Source: Balanoglossus misakiensis
Taxonomy: Eukaryota > Animalia > Hemichordata
Assembly (NCBI GenBank): GCA_040954595.2
Contig: CM082585.2
Span: 324,814-388,813 of the forward strand
Length of the DNA: 64,000 nt
Reading direction: 5' to 3'
The notes beneath the pieces are model-generated. The model was not told where the DNA came from. It did not search any database and worked only from the letters and a program-made list of their open reading frames with translations. Position numbers and translations under genes: made by a program. Position 1 is the first letter of the stretch; every line of letters starts with the position of its first letter. Positions 55,801 through 64,000 of the stretch are shown in pieces.

Positions 55801-58800
55801 CGTTATTTGACCATTCTTTGAATACCATTTATGATGTAAGAAAGTAAATTATTTGCAATATTAAACTATCCCTTACAACATTCCAGCATAACTATTTGAA
55901 TATTTGTTTTCATTTTGTAACTGTTCAACTTAAATCTTGGAGAGAATTCATTATTCCAAAACAAAGCCTTGAAACTATACATAAGTCTTTTTAGTAAAAC
56001 ATATCCAGTTATGTGACCATTCTTTGAATTCCATTTATGATGTAAGAAATTAAATTTTATGCAATATTAATCTATCCCTTACAACATTTCAGCATAACTC
56101 TTTCCATATTTGTTTTCATTCTGTGACTGTTCCACTTAAATCTTGTAGAGAATTCGTTAATCCAAAACAAAGGCTTGAAATTATACATATCCTGTTACGT
56201 GACCTTTCTTTGAATTCCATTTATGATGTAAGAAATTAAATTATTTGCAATATTAATCTATTCCTTACAACATTCCGGCATAACTCTTTCCATATTTGTT
56301 TTCATTCTGTGACTGTTCCACTTAAATCTTGTAGAGAATTCGTTATTCCAAAACAAAGCCTTGAAACTATAACATAAGTCTTTTTCGTAAAACATATCCT
56401 GTTATGTGACCATTCTTTGAATTCATTTTATGATGTAAGAAATTAAATTATTTGCAATATTAATCTATCCCTTACAACATTCCAGCATAACTCTTTCCAT
56501 ATTTGTTTTCATTCTGTGACTATTCCACTTAAATCTTGTATAGAATTCGTTATTCCAAAACAAAGCCTTCAAACTATACATATTAAGTCTTTTTAGTAAA
56601 ACATGGCCCGTTATTTGACCATTCTTTGAATTTCATTTATGATGTAAGAAATTAAATTATTTGCAATATTAAACTATCCCTTACAACATTTCAGCATAAC
56701 TATTTGAATATTTGTTTTCATTCTGTAACTGTTCAACTTAAATCTTGGAGAGAATTCGTGATTCCAAAACAAAGGCTTGAAACTATACATAAGTCTTTTT
56801 AGTAAAACATGGCCTGTTATGTGACCATTCTTTGAATTCCATTTATGATGTAAGAAATTAAATTATTTGCAATATTAATCTATCCCTTACAACATTCCGA
56901 CATATCTCTTTCCATATTTGTTTTCATTCTGTGACTGTTCCACTTAAATCTTGTAGTGAATTTGGTATTTCAACACAAATTCTTGAACCTATACATAAGT
57001 CTTTTTAGTAAAACATATCCAGTTATGTGACCATTCTTTGAATTCAATTTATGATGTAAGAAATTAAATTTTATGCAATATTAATCTATCCCTTACAACA
57101 TTTCAGCATAACTCTTTCCATATTTGTTTTCATTCTGTGACTGTTCCACTTAAATCTTGTAGAGAATTCGTTACTCCAAAACAAAGGCTTGAAACTATAC
57201 ATATCCTGTTACGTGACCTTTCTTTGAATTCCATTTATGATGTAAGAAATTAAATTATTTGCAATATTAATCTATTCCTTACAACATTCCGGCATAACTC
57301 TTTCCATATTTGTTTTCATTCTGTGACTGTTCCACTTAAATCTTGTAGAGAATTCGTTATTCCAAAACAAAGCCTTGAAACTATAACATAAGTCTTTTTA
57401 GTAAAACATATCCTGTCATGTGACCATTCTTTGAATTCATTTTATGATGTAAGAAATTAAATTATTTGCAATATTAATCTATCCCTTACAACATTCCAGC
57501 ATAACTCTTTCCATATTTGTTTTCATTATGTGACTATTCCACTTAAATCTTGTAGAGAATTCGTTATTCCAAAAACAAAGCCTTGAAACTATACATAAGT
57601 CTTTTTGTAAAACATGGCCCGTTATGTGACCATTCTTTGGTTTCCATTTATGATGTAAGAAATTAAATTATTTGCAATATTAATCTATCCCTTACAACAT
57701 TCCAGCATAACTCTTTCCATATTTGTTTTCATTCTGTGACTATTCCACTTAAATCTAGTAGAGAATTCGTTATTCCAAAACAAAACCTTGAAACTATACA
57801 TAAGTCTTTTTAGTAAAACATGGCCCGTTATGTGACCATTCTTTGAATTTCATTTATGATGTAAGAAATTAAATTATTTGCAATATTAAACTATCCCTTA
57901 CAACATTCCAGCATAACTATTTGAATATTTGTTTTCATTCTGTAACTGTTCAACTTAAATCTTGGAGAGAATTCGTTATTCCAAACAAAGCCTTGAAACT
58001 ATACATAAGTCTTTTTAGTAAAACATGGCCCGTTATGTGAGCATTCTTTGAATTCCATTTATGATGTAAGAAATTAAATTATTTGCAATATTAATCTATC
58101 CCTTACAACATTTCAGCATAACTCTTTCCATATTTGTTTTCATTCTGTGACTGTTCCACTTAAATCTTGTAGAGAATTCGTTATTCCAAAACAAAGCCTT
58201 GAAACTATAACATAAGTCTTTTTAGTAAAACATATCCTGTCATGTGACCATTCTTTGAATTCATTTTATGATGTAAGAAATTGAATTATTTGCAATATTA
58301 ATCTATCCCTTACAACATTCCAGCATAACTATTTCCATATTTGTTTTCATTCTGTGACTATTCCACTTAAATCTTGTAGAGAATCCGTTATTCCAAAACA
58401 AAACCTTGAAACTATACATAAGTCTTTTTAGTAAAACATGGCCCGTTATGTGACCATTCTTTGAATTTCATTTATGATGTAAGAAATTAAATTATTTGCA
58501 ATATTAAACTATCCCTTACAACATTCCAGCATAACTATTTGAATATTTGTTTTCATTCTGTAACTGTTCAACTTAAATCTTGGAGAGAATTCGTTATTCC
58601 AAACAAAGCCTTGAAACTATACATAAGTCTTTTTAGTAAAACATGGCCCGTTATGTGACCATTCTTTGAATTCCATTTATGATGTAAGAAATTAAATTTT
58701 ATGCAATATTAATCTATCCCTTACAACATTTCAGCATAACTCTTTCCATATTTCTTTTCATTCTGTGACTGTTCCACTTAAATCTTGTAGACAATTCGTT

Positions 58801-61800
58801 ACTCCAAAACAAAGGCTTGAAATTATACATATCCTGTTACGTGACCTTTCTTTGAATTCCATTTATGATGTAAGAAATTAAATTATTTGCAATATTAATC
58901 TATTCATTACAACATTCCGGCATAACTCTTTCCATATTTGTTTTCATTCTGTGACTGTTCCACTTAAATCTTGTAGAGAATTCGTCATTCCAAAACAAAG
59001 CCTTCAAACTATACATAAGTCTTCTTGTAAAACATGGCCTGTTATGTGACCATTCTTTGAATTCCATTTATGATGTAAGAAATTAAATTATTTGCAATAA
59101 TTATCTATCCCTTACAACATTCCGGCATAACGCTTTCCATATTTGTTTTCATTCTGTGACAGTTCCACTTAAATCTTGTAGATAATTCGTCATTCCAAAA
59201 CAAAGCCTTCAAACTATACATAAGTCTTTTTAGTAAAACATGGCCCGTTATTTGACCATTCTTTGAATACCATTTATGATGTAAGAAATTAAATTATTTG
59301 CAATATTAAACTATCCCTTACAACATTCCAGCATAACTATTTGAATATTTGTTTTCATTTTGTAACTGTTCAACTTAAATCTTGGAGAGAATTCGTTATT
59401 CCAAAACAAAGCCTTGAAACTATACATAAGTCTTTTTAGTAAAACATATCCAGTTATGTGACCATTCTTTGAATTCCATTTATGATGTAAGAAATTAAAT
59501 TTTATGCAATATTAATCTATCCCTTACAACATTTCAGCATAACTCTTTCCATATTTGTTTTCATTCTGTGACTGTTCCACTTAAATCTTGTAGATAATTC
59601 GTTATTCCAAAACAAAGCCTTGAAACTATAACATAAGTCTTTTTCGTAAAACATATCCTGTTATGTGACCATTCTTTGAATTCATTTTATGATGTAAGAA
59701 ATTAAATTATTTGCAATATTAATCTATCTCTTACAACATTCCAGCATAACTCTTTCCATATTTGTTTTCATTCTGTGACTATTCCACTTAAATCTTGTAT
59801 AGAATTCGTTATTCCAAAACAAAGCCTTGAAACTATACATAAGTCTTTTTGTAAAACATGGCCCATTATGTGACCATTCTTTGGTTTCCATTTATGATGT
59901 AAGAAATTAAATTATTTGCAATAATTATCTATCCCTTACAACATTCCGGCATAACGCTTTCCATATTTGTTTTCATTCTGTGACTGTTCCACTTAAATCT
60001 TGTAGAGAATTCGTTATTCCAAAACAAAGCCTTCAAACTATACATATTAAGTCTTTTTAGTAAAACATGGCCCGTTATTTGACCATTCTTTGAATTTCAT
60101 TTATGATGTAAGAAATTAAATTATTTGCAATATTAAACTATCCCTTACAACATTTCAGCATAACTATTTGAATATTTGTTTTCATTCTGTAACTGTTCAA
60201 CTTAAATCTTGGAGAGAATTCGTGATTCCAAAACAAAGGCTTGAAACTATACATAAGTCTTTTTAGTAAAACATGGCCTGTTATGTGACCATTCTTTGAA
60301 TTCCATTTATGATGTAAGAAATTAAATTATTTGCAATATTAATCTATCCCTTACAACATTCCGACATATCTCTTTCCATATTTGTTTTCATTCTGTGACT
60401 GTTCCACTTAAATCTTGTAGAGAATTTGGTATTTCAACACAAATTCTTGAACCTATACATAAGTCTTTTTAGTAAAACATATCCAGTTATGTGACCATTC
60501 TTTGAATTCAATTTATGATGTAAGAAATTAAATTTTATGCAATATTAATCTATCCCTTACAACATTTCAGCATAACTCTTTCCATATTTGTTTTCATTCT
60601 GTGACTGTTCCACTTAAATCTTGTAGAGAATTCGTTACTCCAAAACAAAGGCTTGAAACTATACATATCCTGTTACGTGACCTTTCTTTGAATTCCATTT
60701 ATGATGTAAGAAATTAAATTATTTGCAATATTAATCTATTCCTTACAACATTCCGGCATAACTCTTTCCATATTTGTTTTCATTCTGTGACTGTTCCACT
60801 TAAATCTTGTAGAGAATTCGTTATTCCAAAACAAAGCCTTGAAACTATAACATAAGTCTTTTTAGTAAAACATATCCTGTCATGTGACCATTCTTTGAAT
60901 TCATTTTATGATGTAAGAAATTGAATTATTTGCAATATTAATCTATCCCTTACAACATTCCAGCATAACTCTTTCCATATTTGTTTTCATTCTGTGACTA
61001 TTCCACTTAAATCTTGTAGAGAATCCGTTATTCCAAAACAAAACCTTGAAACTATACATAAGTCTTTTTAGTAAAACATGGCCCGTTATGTGACCATTCT
61101 TTGAATTTCATTTATGATGTAAGAAATTAAATTATTTGCAATATTAAACTATCCCTTACAACATTCCAGCATAACTATTTGAATATTTGTTTTCATTCTG
61201 TATCTGTTCAACTTAAATCTTGGAGAGAATTCGTTATTCCAAACAAAGCCTTGAAACTATACATAAGTCTTTTTAGTAAAACATGGCCCGTTATGTGACC
61301 ATTCTTTGAATTCCATTTATGATGTAAGAAATTAAATTTTATGCAATATTAATCTATCCCTTACAACATTTCAGCATAACTCTTTCCATATTTCTTTTCA
61401 TTCTGTGACTGTTCCACTTGTAGAGAATTCGTTACTCCAAAACAAAGGCTTGAAATTATACATATCCTGTTACGTGACCTTTCTTTGAATTCCATTTATG
61501 ATGTAAGAAATTAAATTATTTGCAATAATAATCTATTCCTTACATCATTCTGGCATAACTCGTTCCATATTTGTTTTCATTCTGTGACTGTTCCACTTAA
61601 ATCTTGTACAGAATTCGTTATTCCAAAACAAAGCCTTGAAACTATAATATAAGTCTTTTTCGTAAAACATATCCTGTTATGTGACCATTCTTTGAATTCA
61701 TTTTATGATGTAAGAAATTAAATTATTTGCAATATTAATCTATCCCTTACAACATTCCAGCATAACTCTTTCCATATTTGTTTTCATTATGTGACTATTC

Positions 61801-64000
61801 CACTTAAATCTTGTAGAGAATTCGTTATTCCAAAACAAAGCCTTGAAACTATACATAAGTCTTTTTGTAAAACATGGCCCGTTATGTGACCATTCTTTGG
61901 TTTCCATTTATGATGTAAGAAATTAAATTATTTGCAATATTAATCTATCCCTTACAACATTCCAGCATAACTCTTTCCATATTTGTTTTCATTCTGTGAC
62001 TATTCCACTTAAATCTTGTAGAGAATTCGTTATTCCAAAACAAAACCTTGAAACTATACATAAGTCTTTTTAGTAAAACATGGCCCGTTATGTGACCATT
62101 CTTTGAATTTCATTTATGATGTAAGAAATTAAATTATTTGCAATATTAAACTATCCCTTACAACATTCCAGCATAACTATTTGAATATTTGTTTTCATTC
62201 TGTAACTGTTCAACTTAAATCTTGGAGAGAATTCGTTATTCCAAACAAAGCCTTGAAACTATACATAAGTCTTTTTAGTAAAACATGGCCCGTTATGTGA
62301 GCATTCTTTGAATTCCATTTATGATGTAAGAAATTAAATTATTTGCAATATTAATCTATCCCTTACAACATTTCAGCATAACTCTTTCCATATTTGTTTT
62401 CATTCTGTGACTGTTCCACTTAAATCTTGTAGAGAATTCGTTACTCCAAAACAAAGGCTTGAAACTATACATATCCTGTTACGTGACCTTTCTTTGAATT
62501 CCATTTATGATGTAAGAAATTAAATTATTTGCAATATTAATCTATTCCTTACAACATTCCGGCATAACTCTTTCCATATTTGTTTTCATTCTGTGACTGT
62601 TCCACTTAAATCTTGTAGAGAATTCGTTATTCCAAAACAAAGCCTTGAAACTATAACATAAGTCTTTTTAGTAAAACATATCCTGTCATGTGACCATTCT
62701 TTGAATTCATTTTATGATGTAAGAAATTGAATTATTTGCAATATTAATCTATCCCTTACAACATTCCAGCATAACTCTTTCCATATTTGTTTTCATTCTG
62801 TGACTATTCCACTTAAATCTTGTAGAGAATCCGTTATTCCAAAACAAAACCTTGAAACTATACATAAGTCTTTTTAGTAAAACATGGCCCGTTATGTGAC
62901 CATTCTTTGAATTTCATTTATGATGTAAGAAATTAAATTATTTGCAATATTAAACTATCCCTTACAACATTCCAGCATAACTATTTGAATATTTGTTTTC
63001 ATTCTGTAACTGTTCAACTTAAATCTTGGAGAGAATTCGTGATTCCAAAACAAAGGCTTGAAACTATACATAAGTCTTTTTAGTAAAACATGGCCTGTTA
63101 TGTGACCATTCTTTGAATTCCATTTATGATGTAAGAAATTAAATTATTTGCAATATTAATCTATCCCTTACAACATTCCGACATATCTCTTTCCATATTT
63201 GTTTTCATTCTGTGACTGTTCCACTTAAATCTTGTAGAGAATTTGGTATTTCAACACAAATTCTTGAACCTATACATAAGTCTTTTTAGTAAAACATATC
63301 CAGTTATGTGACCATTCTTTGAATTCAATTTATGATGTAAGAAATTAAATTTTATGCAATATTAATCTATCCCTTACAACATTTCAGCATAACTCTTTCC
63401 ATATTTGTTTTCATTCTGTGACTGTTCCACTTAAATCTTGTAGAGAATTCGTTACTCCAAAACAAAGGCTTGAAACTATACATATCCTGTTACGTGACCT
63501 TTCTTTGAATTCCATTTATGATGTAAGAAATTAAATTATTTGCAATATTAATCTATTCCTTACAACATTCCGGCATAACTCTTTCCATATTTGTTTTCAT
63601 TCTGTGACTGTTCCACTTAAATCTTGTAGAGAATTCGTTATTCCAAAACAAAGCCTTGAAACTATAACATAAGTCTTTTTAGTAAAACATATCCTGTCAT
63701 GTGACCATTCTTTGAATTCATTTTATGATGTAAGAAATTGAATTATTTGCAATATTAATCTATCCCTTACAACATTCCAGCATAACTCTTTCCATATTTG
63801 TTTTCATTCTGTGACTATTCCACTTAAATCTTGTAGAGAATCCGTTATTCCAAAACAAAACCTTGAAACTATACATAAGTCTTTTTAGTAAAACATGGCC
63901 CGTTATGTGACCATTCTTTGAATTTCATTTATGATGTAAGAAATTAAATTATTTGCAATATTAAACTATCCCTTACAACATTCCAGCATAACTATTTGAA

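Larger units (their letters stand above)
11889..64000 (+). repeat. Satellite array, segment 3 (~52 kb uninterrupted); truncated by the window end
   Basis: Continuous monomers in one orientation. No inversion or foreign sequence was seen. Confidence 0.98.

Noticed and set aside
1-64000. CRISPR array or other repeat-spacer system
   Set aside because: There are no unique spacers. Whole ~200-bp units are repeated, and no cas or other genes are present.

Overview
This window is eukaryotic-type satellite DNA with no credible genes. About 96% is one AT-rich tandem array of roughly 300 head-to-tail monomers, all in the same orientation. Monomers fall into two length classes, ~205-209 bp and 186 bp; the short class lacks a 20-bp segment flanked by microhomology. 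The monomer itself looks like an ancient dimer of ~101 + ~105 bp subunits. The only non-satellite DNA is a 1,182-bp non-autonomous DNA transposon present twice (4867-6048 and 10707-11888). It has perfect 32-bp terminal inverted repeats (TIRs) starting CACGG and a 7-bp target-site duplication (TSD) CTTGAAA, which best fits the P-element superfamily. The two copies come from one insertion that was duplicated passively inside a recent 5,840-bp tandem duplication (521-6360 / 6361-12200). The rest of the array shows nested higher-order repeats (HORs) of 2, 3, 4, 7, 9 and 11 monomers. The order of diagnostic variants in ~17-32 kb is repeated, expanded, in ~32-64 kb. Organism, centromere function and TE family identity cannot be established from the sequence alone. 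All comparisons were made by eye.
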